Part shown: positions 45,801 through 58,064 of the stretch, piece after piece | Position numbering within the stretch: position 1 is the first letter of the stretch | Layout of the letters: every line of letters starts with the position of its first letter | From: the human T2T-CHM13v2.0 reference genome, Homo sapiens | NCBI RefSeq assembly: GCF_009914755.1 | Contig: NC_060933.1 | Direction: 5' to 3' (one strand) | Length of the DNA stretch: 64,000 nucleotides | Translations under genes and position numbers: made by a program | Notes under the pieces: model-generated | What the model saw: the letters and a program-made list of their open reading frames with translations, nothing else | Told to the model about the DNA's origin: nothing | Databases searched by the model: none

Positions 45801-45973
45801 GAGTGTTTCTCCGCAAGAGCCCGTGTCCCGCTAGGCTCCGCGCCCTCGCGCCCATAGCCCCGGCGGCGGCACGACCAGAGGCGGCCAGGGGAGCGCGCCG
45901 CCCCGCTCGGCCCTCCAGTCCCGCTCCGCCGCCTCCCTCCCGCACAGCAGCCGCCAGCGCGGCCTCCTGCACC

Positions 45974-46018
45974 ATGTCGGTGGCCGGCCTCAAGAAGCAG
46001 TTCCATAAAGCCACTCAG
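45974..46018 (+). CDS. SH3GL2: Endophilin-A1 coding exon 1 (residues 1-15, N-terminal amphipathic helix H0)
   Basis: Kozak ACCATG; MSVAGLKKQFHKATQ (the HKATQ ending separates it from SH3GL1 YKASQ and SH3GL3 HKASQ); phase-0 donor CAG|GTAAGG. Confidence 0.97.
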
Positions 46019-47624
46019 GTAAGGCGCGCGGCAGGTGCGTCCCGGGGCAGTCCGGGGCGAAGCTGCGAGGGGCGCGCTCGGCGCTGGCCGTCCGGCGGCA
46101 GCCTGGGGAGTTCGGCACCGAGCCTCGCCCGCGCCGGCCGCGCCCCGCCTCGCAAGCCAAGGCGGCGGCTCGGGGCATCCCCGGTCTGGGCGTCCACCCT
46201 CGGTCCCCCGCCCCCGGCTTGGTGCGCGCTGCCTTCCCGCGGGTCCCCGGCGTCCTGCCTGGTAGCGCTGCTCGCCGCCCCCGCATCATCTCGCGCCCGT
46301 GCTGCAGGAAGGGGACCGCGGCTGCACTGCTGCCGCGGCGCGCAGGTGCCTTGGCGGCGCGGTGGGAGATTATGTAAAGTCGCCTCTTCACGGGTGACCT
46401 TGCGGAGTCGGTGCACCCGGCTTTCCCGGGATGTGTTGGCATGAGCGGTGGCCGCACTGGGGGTGGCGGGGCGGAGGCCGGCGGTTTGCGCTCCTGTCCC
46501 TTACCCTGTTGTCAGAACCCTCCTTCCCCGCCGCCCGCAGGCTCCAGGGGAATGGAAGGCTGGGGTCTTCCTTTAGGGACCCGCATACATTAACTTTTAC
46601 CTGGAGAACTCGGTCGTGAAACTCCTTTGAGGCCAGGGCATGACAAACAGTCTGCGGGTCTTAAATATTTCCCTAAAACAACCAAATTGTTGAAGACTTA
46701 AAATCATCATGTATTTTAAATTGTTTTTAATAAATCTTTGGCATCTTGGATGTGCCCATTTTTCTTTATGGGGTTAATAAGCTGTGACTGTAATAAAACT
46801 GATTAATTTAGATTCTAATAATTAAAATCATTGGACTCAAAGAATTTTACATAGGGGCAAGTAAGCGAATACTTACGCTGTGACCTATTTCTTACATAAT
46901 GTGTGTGATTACTACTTTTTTATCCTTCTGAAATAGGTTCAAATTTATGGGATCTTTAAGGATTTTGATGACTTACCGCGAAATGTTTTTCATGATTTGG
47001 TGTTAAATAGTTTTTCATAGGTTAGCCTTAATTAACGAGCTTTCTCATAATTTCTCGGAAGTAGTGAGGTTTTTCCTAGGCTACCACAGTGGCAGCCTTG
47101 TTATGAACCACATCCAGAAAAGGTGAGGGTTGTGTTTTACAGAACCTTGGTTAACTTAGGGTGACAGATGCAGCATGTAATTCCCGTCGTGTGTGTGTTT
47201 GCACGCATCTGCATCATCTTCATCACACATTCTTGCCTTTATAGAATCAATTATACCTGTCAACTTAGGAAATCAAGAAAAGTAAGACTATTTCTGTAAA
47301 AATGTTTCTTAATGTAATTATTTTTGCTTTTCTATTATAATTGGAGTTTTCTGTGACCTCTCTGCCAGACATGTTTATGAAAGTAAGTGATTTGTTTGTT
47401 GATGTAGTTTGGAAGGCTTCTAATAACTTTATACTGCAAGTTCTTTCAGGTTTACAGAACCAAGCATATGTGCTGCCCAGGAATTCTGTGGCAGGACTTC
47501 TTCGATATTACTAACCTTTTTGATTGCTCTACTGGTCACTTCTCTATAGCATATCTCAGCACTGCGTTTACCAACACATCTTTTTTCCACTTGGATTCTA
47601 AAGATTTCTTTTGCAAAGCTTAGT

Positions 47625-47840
47625 GCCCTCAAAGGCAATTAAGAGTCTTGGCTTTGGAGTGGGAAAGGCTAAGGTTTGAATCCTGCCTCTGCTGCTTCTG
47701 ACCTTGAGAGAGTATTTAACTTCTGAACCTGTCCATGCTGAAGTGATGATAATTTCCGTTGTCTCTTCAGGGTTGAGGTGAAGAGAAACGAGTGTGTAGA
47801 ACACACGTATAAAGTGTTCAATAAATTATAGTTATTGACA
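47625..47840 (+). mobile_element. MIR
   Basis: ggctttggagt...ggtttgaatcctgcctctgc...gaccttgagagagtatttaacttctg. Confidence 0.7.
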
Positions 47841-48420
47841 TAAAGGATATTTTTATTAGTATAAAATACTATCCCTTATGCTATGAAGAAGTTACCCAAG
47901 GTAGACCTTTTAGTTTTTCCAACTTAAAAAATAGAGCGCTCCATTTCCGCTAAATCTTGAAGTTCTGTGTCGCCCTATAAAGTGTAGAAAAAATAATTTA
48001 AACTGCGTTAGGAAAGAACTTAAAAGGTTGGAGAAGGTCGGCATGTGATGCGATACGGTTAATGTTTATCACACCGAATCCAAATGCAGAATCACTGCGT
48101 CATTGTCTTCCTTTTACTGAAAAGCCTTTTATTTGAAAGGTGAAGCAGCACGTAGTCTCTTATCCATAATTTAGTGTAGCACACTCTTAGAAAGTCTAAG
48201 GCACAGGTGACTGTTCTGTGCATATGTATATTTAGGAGAGTATGTAAAGCCCATGTTAATGTTTGCATGTGACAAAAAAATTAGAGAAATAGTCCTGTCC
48301 TACTTTTGTAGCCATTTTTTTCCATCAGGTCCGTGAACCTGATGTTATCTACAGAGAAGCTTTAGACCTAGAATTACTTCCTTTTGAGAACTGATATGCT
48401 GGATAATATAGCCTGGGTTT

Positions 48421-48712
48421 GTTTGTTTGTTTATTTATTTATTCATTTGAGACAAAGTTTGACTCTTGTCGCCCAGGCAGGAGTGCAATGGCGTGATCTC
48501 AGCATACTGCAACCTCTGCCTCCTGTGTTCAGGCGATTCTCCTGCCTCAGCCTCCTGAGTAGCTGGGATTATAGGCATGCACTACCACGCTCAGCTAATT
48601 TTTGTATTTTTAGTAGAGACAGGGTTTAGCCATGTTAACCAGGCTGGTCTCGAACTCCTGACCTCAGGTGATCTGCCCGCCTCGATTACAGGCTGAGCCC
48701 CCGCACCTGGCC
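48421..48712 (-). mobile_element. AluS with ~17-bp internal deletion
   Basis: TSD tatagcctgggttt at 48407-48420 and 48713-48726; gcctcgattacagg lacks GCCTCCCAAAGTGCTGG. Confidence 0.95.
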
Positions 48713-49364
48713 TATAGCCTGGGTTTATAAGTGGAAGGAGTCTGTTCACGCAAACGTTTCTTTCTATGGAATTGAGCTTTTTTGCTTGTGTTAGTAAGCG
48801 ATGATAAATAAAACAGTATATTGTTTGTACTTGGAATTTCTGATTAAATGTGTCACAACTGTTGTCTTATATTAGAATTGGTTATTTCTACCTTGTTGCT
48901 GACAGTTATTTTCAATATGTTTACAATTTGGAGGTAAAAAAATGCTTTTGCCAAGTAAAATTTATTAGAGAAGAAAATCCTTTCAGCATGAAAATATATA
49001 ATGATACCAAAAATTGATCATCTTATTTTCATGTACTTCATTACTTAATTGCTCATAAAGATATAATTTACTGTATAATTAGAATAAAGTATTCTTTTTT
49101 TACTGTAATAAAGGGCAGATGATCTTGTGTTGCTCTTTTAGTGAGTTTTATTCATATTGAGATTTCATTTTACAAAAGTCATGTCAGTTTTTTTACACTT
49201 GTTTTAAACTGGCAGCAGCTTAGTTAAAAATAGCTGTTTCCAGTGAACATGAAGCTCCTACAAAATCTGTATTTTTAAAAATTCACTCTATCATGCATAT
49301 GATGTGGACACATTTTGCTTTACAATATGTAAAAGTCTATTATAAAGTAAAATATATTAGGTCA

Positions 49365-49840
49365 TTTTATGAGTTTGCTGGAGCTGCTGTAACAAAGTAC
49401 TACAAACTGAGTCGTTTCAACGACAGAAATACATTGTTTCCCACTTCTTGAGACAAGCACACTTGAAGTCTGAGACCAAGGTGCCAGTAGGGCCACGAGC
49501 TCTCTGAAGGTATGAGACAGGATCTATTCGAGGCTGCCTTCTTAGCTCTTGTGCTTTGTTGGGAATCTTTGGGCTTCCTTGGCTTGTAGATACATCACCT
49601 TGGTCTCTGCCTTCATGCTCACATGACATTCTCCCTGTGTGTGTCTCAGTGTCCAAATTTCCCCATTTTGTAAGGACCCCAGTCATATAGGATTGGGCAA
49701 GCCCATCCTACTCCAGTATGATTTTATCTTAAATAATTACCATCTGTAATGCCCCTATTTCCAAATAAAGTTGCATTCTGAGCTATTGTAATTAGGACTT
49801 TAATATGAATTTTGGGAGGGGCACAGTTCAATCCATAACA
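49365..49840 (-). mobile_element. MLT1C-like solo LTR
   Basis: gctgctgtaacaaagtactacaaactg...ccctatttccaaataaag...ttcaatccataaca. Confidence 0.85.
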
Positions 49841-49987
49841 GTCGTTATTTGCATAAAAGGATTAACCACAGTATTCTATATTTGATTCAACATCTAAGAG
49901 GACAGTTCAGCCTATAAATAACATATAACTTTCTATTGCATCAAAAAGATATACTTTCTCCTTTTTTAATGAGTTGGTTAGTATATT

Positions 49988-50348
49988 GCTAAGTTCTGAA
50001 TGTGTCCCTCTAAAATACGTATGTTGAAGCTTGACTGCCAGTGTGACAGTATTAAGAAATGGGGCCTTTAGGAGGTGACTAAGTCATGAGGGCACTCATG
50101 ATTAAGTCATGAATGGGATTAGTGCTCTCTTAAAAGAAGTTGAAGGGGTCACCCTGTCCCCTTCCACCGTGTGAGGGTTTAGCAACAAGGCACCATCTTT
50201 GAAGCAAAGGGTGGGCCCTAGCCAGGCACAAATCTGTTAGTGCCTTCATCTTGGACTGCTAGCCTCCCAAACTGTGAGAAATAAATTCTATTATTTATAA
50301 ATTACCCCGTCTAAGATATTTTGTTAGTAGCCTGAACAGACTAAGTCA
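49988..50348 (+). mobile_element. MLT1A-like solo LTR
   Basis: tctgaatgtgtccctctaaaatacgtatgttgaa...gcctgaacagactaag. Confidence 0.85.
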
Positions 50349-50947
50349 GAAATATACCTATTATAAATTGTGTTTTCTGATTTTTTTAAATGATAAAATT
50401 AATTTGGGTAGGCTGGGTTTTATGATACAGTCTGGTATATGTTTATTTGTCACACTCAGATTCCTTAACTGGGAAAATTTCATCATGTTTGTGTTCTGTG
50501 TCTTTTTGTTTTACCTAATTTCCTCTTTCAGAATGCTGTATTTTATATGGATGCTTTGCTCAGGAGACCATTACATGAGTCTTTTCATGCATTTGTTGAT
50601 TTGGTGAGATGTTAAACTTACTAAGTATTGGATTAAATATCTAATTAGTTATGACTTTATCTCAGTGAGATTTTCAGTTTCTTAATTGCCTCTAAGCAGT
50701 CAACTCTCTGCTGCCTTTAAAATCTTGGCTGTGGCTTGTTGCTTGACCCAGGATTTCTACACCTGTACCCTTTCACATTCTTAGCCAGTAGTCTCTAATA
50801 GGCTGCAAGGGGCCTATATATTTTATAAAATTATAAGTAACATTTTATACATGCATTTTTCTGAGGGAGAATGCCCTTAGCCTGTTACCAGATTCTTAAA
50901 TAAATTCCTAATTGCTGCCCCTTCCTCCCCTCGAAAAGTAAAAATAG

Positions 50948-51250
50948 GGTGGGGCATGGTGGCTCACTCCTGTAATCCCAACACTTTGGGAGGCCAAGGC
51001 GGGCAGATCACTTGAGGTCAGGAGTTCAAAACCGGCTTTGCCAGTGCAGTGAAACCTCGTCTCTACTAAAAATACAAAAAGATTAGCTGGGCGAGGTGGC
51101 AGGTGCCTGTAATCCCACCTACCCAGGAGGCTGAGGCAGGAGAATTGCCTGAACCCAGGAGGCCGAGGTTGCAGTGAGTCAAGATGGCGCCACTGCACTC
51201 CAGCCTGGGCAACAGAGTGAGATTCTGTTTCAAATAAATAAATAAATAAA
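50948..51250 (+). mobile_element. AluS with (AAAT)n tail
   Basis: Full-length Alu body. Confidence 0.95.
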
Positions 51251-52156
51251 TTCATCATGTCATCAGGAGAAAGTGGATGTTTCTTACAATAATCACTCCA
51301 ACAGTTCTGTTACTGGGCTTTAGGATGCCTGATCAAAATGCAGCCTTCTCTGCATTAATTTAGCAGCAATCAAATGTAAAAAACCTTTCCAGAGGTGTCA
51401 GGATTGAATGAGGTAATGCTTGTGAGAGTGCCATGCTTGCATAATAAGGATCACTTGAACCATGTAAAACAAAATGTTGTTAATGCGCTTGAAGTCAACG
51501 ATACGGGCCTGTGGGGTATATGAAAAGAAAGTGGTGACTGAAAATGATTTCTCTGTAGACTGAGAGTCCTCGTGATTGAAGTTTGTGTTGTTGAAACAGC
51601 TATATTTTTGCAAGCTTTTTTCCCCATAGTGATTCTTTAATATTTTAAATTGAGTTTATATGAATTTTGGTTTCAGTCTACTTAGAAAATTTTAAAGTAA
51701 CCTGCAAATTAATTAGAAGTACCCTAGAAAATGGCAAGACTTGGTTGGGGCAAATGGTGACTGTTTTGAGACAGATGTCATTGTGGAAGGGAGAGGTTTA
51801 ATATTCAGGGGAAGGGAGCTGAAGCTTGCAGAGCAGATTCCATTCTGCCAAGCCTCTTGTGCTGCATACAGAGTCTCAGGGCATCAAGCAACCCGAGGGC
51901 TTTCTTCAGAGGAGTAGCTTGAGGCAGCGGCGAGAGAAGGGCAGGACACACTGACAAATGAATAATGAGAATTAGGTGAGGAGATGGAGTTTAAGAACTG
52001 CTTCAAACTTTAAGGTGGATACCTGATGGGGCTTTCTAGAGATGAGCAATTCTTCTCAATTTAAGGCCAGATAGGGGAGATGCTAAGTAGGTAAGAAGTC
52101 AGTGGATTTTTTGGCCTCCTTTTTTCTCTTTTTGTTCTTTTAATCCTTCGTACCCT

Positions 52157-52631
52157 TGTCCTGTGTTCTTTTAGGTAATGTTCAGTGAGGTGTAGCCACA
52201 AGAGGGGACATAGGAGAGGCTCAAGAAAACAGAGTTTATTATACTCACATGTCTTAGAATGACAATCACTGTACAGGAGGATAGGAGGGGGGACACGTGG
52301 GGTGGAGGTGACAGCTCTGAGAGCAGGATCAGCTAAGCAGGTGGGAAACAGGTGGGAGCAGAGAGAGCAAGGACTGTGGGCAAGTGCCTTTACTAGTGAT
52401 CTCAGTGCAGTTCACAGCTCAGTGCAGTTCACAGTGCGTTGCATTGGTGCATTGGTAGGTCGTGGTCAGAAGAAGACAGAGAGGTGAACTTGTGGTAGGG
52501 GCCAACCTTATCAAACTTGTGCACCTGGTTACCTGGGTGGGGTGTTCACAGTTAGCGTATGTGGGAATGAATGTTGAGGCAGCAAGAGGCAGCAGGAGAC
52601 AACATGTGAAGTTTTGAAACTTTGTAATACA
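52157..52631 (-). mobile_element. Probable ERVL-type solo LTR
   Basis: tg...ca termini, antisense AATAAA (agagtttattatactcac); family not assigned. Confidence 0.45.
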
Positions 52632-53217
52632 ACCCTTCTCAGTGTTTTTAGTTTAGAATTTATTGTTTCCATAATCACTTAAGGAGCCTAAAAGCTTAAG
52701 AATGATGTACATGGTATCCGATGGATAATAAAGACTAAAGAGAGCTATAACTATACTTATTAAAATGCCATGATTGTGAGACCCTGCCAAGTCTTTTGCA
52801 TTCTACCAACAAAATATTTTCATGCTATACTGAATCATTAGCTGATGACAAATGCTTCAGGAAATAATTTCACTATTTATAAAGGTTTTACATTTAGTAC
52901 AACTTCTAAATGCCAAATATGATGTTGTAGTTGCTCTACCCTAATCTCCCTCCGCCATCCCCTGGGTCAAATTGTATATAGTAGTAATGAATATGGAGAA
53001 GCTGTCTGTAATACTCGTGAAGAACCCACAGCTCCATGGAGGTTTACTTGGATACTTAGGACACTGAAGGACCTCTAGGCAGTGTTTTCTGCCTTTTTTT
53101 GAATTATGATATATATAAAAAATAGAAATATCTTTTTTATAATTCAAACTAACCTTTCCCCATAGATACTAATGGAAGCAGTTTTATAATGCTGAGAAAC
53201 ATCTCAATATCAAGCTA

Positions 53218-53591
53218 TGTATTAGTCTGTTCTCATGTTGCTAATAAAGGCATACCCGAGACTGGGTAATTTATAAAGGAAAGAGGTGTAATTGACTCAC
53301 AGTTCTGCATGGCTAGGGAGGGCTCAGGAAACTTACAGTCATGGCAGAAGGGGGATCAAAAATGTCCTTCACATGACGGCAGCAAGGAGAAGTACAGAGC
53401 AAAGTGGGGTAAAAGCCCCTTATAAAACCGTCAGATCTCGTGAGAATTCACTCACTATCACGAGAACAGTGTGGCGGTAACCACCCCTATGATTCAATTA
53501 CCTCCCACCAGGTCCCTCCCATGACACATGGGGATTGTGGGAACTACAGTTTAAGATGAGATTTGGGTGGGGACACAGCCAAACCGTATCA
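53218..53591 (-). mobile_element. THE1 solo LTR
   Basis: tgtattagtctgttctcatg...gatttgggtggggacacagccaaaccgtatca. Confidence 0.92.
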
Positions 53592-53653
53592 CAGAATAAT
53601 GCTTGAAAGAAACATAAAGCAGATAGCCTATGCTTTTAAACGTACAGGAAATC

Positions 53654-53954
<301 letters not shown>

Positions 53955-54324
53955 GTACAGGAAATAATGTCCACAGTGAATGACACCAGTGAGGAAAGGA
54001 GAGAAGGGGAGTCAGGACAGTTATTGTCCATAACAGTGATGGCATCCTGCAGGGGGCATTGTGAAATCCCCTGCCTGCCAGTAGAGGAAGTTCCTTGGTT
54101 TTACAATCTGGCTCTGCAATCTGGGAAGAACTCTTGTTCTTTCTTATATATATTTGGCCAGGTCTAAGGAGGGTTAGAGGAAATCTGCCCTCTTTGGGAA
54201 CGGCATAACTTTTCAGTCAACTTCCTGTTTATTTAAATTTGGGGATTGTTTTACAGTCATAGGGTTTTCACTATCCATGGTAGATTTGAGTAATGAAATT
54301 TCTTCATAAACTTAGTAGGCTTCT

Positions 54325-54652
54325 GGCCAAGTGCGGTAGCTCATGCCTGTAATCCCCGCACTTTGGGAGGCCGAGGTGGGCGGGTCACCTGAGGCCAGGG
54401 GTTCAAGACCAGCCTGGACAACATGGTGAAGCCGCTTCTCTACTAAAACTACAAAAATTAGCCAGGCATGGTGGCCTACGCCTGTAGTCCCAGCTACTCG
54501 GGAGGCTGAAGCTTGAACCTGGGAGAGTTGCTTGAACCTGGGAGGCAGAGGTTGCAGTGAGCCAGATTGCACCACTGCACTCCAGCCTGAGCAGTAGAGC
54601 AAGTCACTGTCTCAAAAAAACAAAAACCAAAAAAAAAAAACCAGAAAAACTT
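54325..54652 (+). mobile_element. Alu (S/J) with internal 15-bp duplication
   Basis: TSD aacttagtaggcttct / aacttaataggcttct. Confidence 0.93.
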
Positions 54653-54990
54653 CAACTTAATAGGCTTCTGATGTGTTTTCTTGTGAGTTTCATTTGCCAA
54701 TTTCTATGATGGAAATTCTTTTTTAGACCTAATTTTCATCCAGTAGACTTGGTTGTGTTACTCTGAACTTAACAAGAGGGCCTGATACTTTGGCTTAACC
54801 AAGAAGTCTTAATGGTACTTTGTTGCTCAAAGTCTTTTTCATTTATATTTCCCGTTATTTGCTTCAGGGACTCAGGATGACCCTGGATCGGTTCTGCCAT
54901 CTGTAACATATGGTTTTCAAGGTTGCCAAAGGGAAAGAATATGTTTGAACAAGCATGGGAGATGTTCATAAGCCAGGCCTGGAAGAGGAA

Positions 54991-55575
54991 TATGGTAGAC
55001 AGAATGCTACGATTGTTGGTGACTCTTGCTCTTGTGTACTCTCCTCCCCTTTGAGTGTGGGTGCAATGTTCAATTTGAAAAGATGTTATTCCTGAGACTT
55101 TTAACTTTGTAAGACAAAAGGGAGATTATATGATTGGACTTAATCTAATCTCATGAGCCCTTTAAAAGCAGGATATTTTCTCTGGCTGGTAGTGGAAGGA
55201 AAAATCAGAGAGATTGGAAGTATGAGCAGGACTGGACATGCTGTTGTTGGTTTAAAGAGGGAGGGGCCATGTGAGTAGTAATGCAGGCAGCCTCTAGGAG
55301 CAGAAATCAGCTCTTTGGTGACCATCAGCAGGGAAAATAGGGATCTTAGACCCACAGCCTTGAAGAATCTGAGAGGAAGGGAATTCTTCCCCCAAGCTTC
55401 CAGATAAGAGCCCAGTCTAGCCAACGCCTTCATTTTGGCCTTGTGAGGCCCTCAACAGGGAGCTCACTTAAGCAGGCCCAGACTTCTAATTTATAGAATT
55501 GTAAGATAATAAATGGGTATTGTTTTAAGCTGCTAAATTTGTGGTAATTTGTTATACAACAGCTGAAAATGAAGA
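54991..55575 (+). mobile_element. MLT1E-like LTR, probably nested in an older MLT1
   Basis: tggtagacagaat...gggcagcctctaggagc-like core...ttgttttaagctgctaaatttgtggtaatttgttatac. Confidence 0.75.
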
Positions 55576-55920
55576 GAAGGAATAGTTCCTTCTGTTTATG
55601 TTTGGTTGGCTGGAACTTGTAACATGGCCCCTCTGTGGTACACCTAAGAGAAATGGAAGAAGGCAAGTGTAGCCTAGCTATGTGCCCAGGATGTAAAAGT
55701 GGGTTTTTGGTTAAAAAGCTAGCAGTTTTGCTATTACTGGTGCCTATAATTAATTAATTGTGTGTCTGTATATTAATCTATTTGTGAGCTTGTAAGTGTA
55801 TGTATATGTGCATATGTCCATATGTACATACACAAAATACATATGCACATATGAATTTTAAGTCTAGTTTGCTGAATAAGTCTTTTCTTAATACATAAGG
55901 CTCAGTATGTTCCATGTGCC

Positions 55921-56058
55921 TTTTGAAACTGTCGTCCAGGCTGGGGTATAATGGGGCGATCACAGCTCACTACAGCCTCAATCCTCTGAGCCCAAGCAAT
56001 CCTCCCACCTCAGCCTCCAGAGTAGTGGGACTATAGGCGTGTGCCGCTATGCCTGGCC
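55921..56058 (-). mobile_element. FLAM/Alu monomer in the pseudogene 3' UTR
   Basis: Single Alu arm; TSD catgtgcctttt. Confidence 0.85.
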
Positions 56059-57501
56059 CATGTGCCTTTTTAATATATTTTTTATTTTATAGATTTTTTT
56101 CTACAGTGCTTTGGCTTTTTGATATTTAGATGTTTTTCTCTGATGAGGCACAAGTTTATTTCTGTGGCTCCTGATCAGTTTTTTTTTTAACAGTGGCACC
56201 GTTAAGTACTTGCTGAGCAGTACCTTAGCCTGGTGGGCTGGTGGAACAGTGACAACTTCTCTAACCTTGGAATAGAGAGACTACAGATCTGCAAAGAAGT
56301 TTCTGAATTCTTAGTCTCTGACAGTGTGGCAGGGATTTCAGTTAGAGTAGAGGAGTTGACTGTTAATCCTGCATCTGTTTTTGTGCTTGGGGGAAGGCTG
56401 AGGCCAACACAGACAGTGAAATGCCTTACTTAGTGCAGGCACATCGGATGGCTACATGGTACTTTGAAGTTGTTCATTAAGTTGTTGAGGATTGCAGATT
56501 TGTGTAGCACATTTGAAGTGTGTTGTGGTGTAAGCAGCAGGGTTGAGGGTGGTTGTGGGCCCCGTAACATGTGGGCCATTGTCTGTGATCCGTTAGCCCC
56601 ATGCTCTTTGACGTGATTCATGGATCCTTAGCCCTGAATGGTTTTCTAGGTACATCTGGTAGACGGTGCCAGACATAATTTGGAAGGCATGCGGTCTGGC
56701 ACCCTGAGATATATTTTAGGGACTTGGTGTCAGTTGAGCAGCTTGGCCAGGGAGAGAATAGTGAGGCCTGATTTTGTATCTGAGTGGTAAGTAACCTGAA
56801 GGAGAGGTGTCCTGTAGAAATTGCAGGGTGGACACACCTCTCACTTCTGTTATTTTCTGCATATACTGGTTGCTGAGGTGACCCTAATGTGCTTCTTTCT
56901 ATTGAGTTAATGTGTGTACAGTGGCTTGATGGCTGAATTTATACCATTCATTATTTTACTGCTTAAGTGGCTGCATCTGGGCAAGAAGGACCTACAAACC
57001 CTTTGCCATGGCCATTGCACATCATCATCATATAATACACTGGCTAAAGGAAGTGTTTTCTGGAGGTGTTCATCAGTACTGTAGTTAAGAGTTTACTGAT
57101 TAATATTAATAGCCTGTTATCCAGAGATCTTCTACTTCTGATGATGAACCTTGCACTTAAGTTCTGTCTCCCATTTCACTTTTTAGTTAAGTTTAACAAA
57201 CAGTAAAACTGTTTTCCATTATTCTCTTTTCCATTCATCTCATCCATTATGCTCTATGTATTTTGGGCCATTTGAAGCTGATAAACCTAAAATCTTTGGA
57301 TTTTTCACCTTTTGATCATTATATTCACCTTAAACCCAGTCCAAATTTTGCAGATATATTTATAGTGCTCATCGTCCCTATGTTCTAGACATGGAAAGCT
57401 CCTTTTCCCTAGCTCCAAGAAAAGCTGGAAGAATGTCATTCTTTACACAACTTAAATTGTTCAGAAGATATTTTTGTGATCACAAAGGTGTATTTAATTC
57501 A

Positions 57502-57786
57502 TTTTTGTTTTATTTTGTTTTTGAGACAGGGTCTCACTCTGTCGCAGTGGCGTGACCACGAATCACTGCAACCTCCTCCTCCCAGGCCCAAGCCTCCCTC
57601 CTCAGCCTTCCAGGTAGCTGGGACTACAGGCTCACGTCACCACTCCTGGCTAATTTTTTTGTATTTTTGGTAGAGACAGGGTCTTGCTACATTGCCCAGG
57701 CTGGTCTTGCACTCCTACTCAAGTGATATGCCTTCCTTGGCTTCCCAAAGTGCTGGGATTACAGGCATGAGCCGCCGCGCCTGGCT
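57502..57786 (-). mobile_element. AluJ inserted in the pseudogene RRM2
   Basis: Antisense Alu with two small internal deletions; flanks atttaattca. Confidence 0.93.
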
Positions 57787-58064
57787 AACATTTAATTCAC
57801 TTTTTACAAGCTCTTTCAGCTACTTTCTGTGTCTGAAGACACAGACATGTAAAGCATTTTGATACATTTTCACCAAAAAAATCACCTTACATAAAAGGAC
57901 GTGTCTTAAACAGAAAGCTTATCATAAAATCTCTATATCAATTGTTTTCCTAAATTGATGACTGTTACGTCTTCCCCTTTTGTGAAACAGTGAGTTATAC
58001 TGATATTTTGTGATATGTACTGGCTTGCCCTTTATAATATCTAAATTACCTAAATTCTTAGTGT

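Larger units (their letters stand above)
45450..46660. promoter_or_regulatory. SH3GL2: CpG island / SH3GL2 promoter spanning exon 1
   Basis: Abrupt GC- and CpG-rich segment around the ATG in otherwise CpG-poor DNA. Confidence 0.92.

Noticed and set aside
46019-46457. Read-through of the SH3GL2 frame to 46444 and overlapping antisense ORFs in the CpG island
   Set aside because: There is a strong donor at 46019, and high GC content explains long open frames on both strands.
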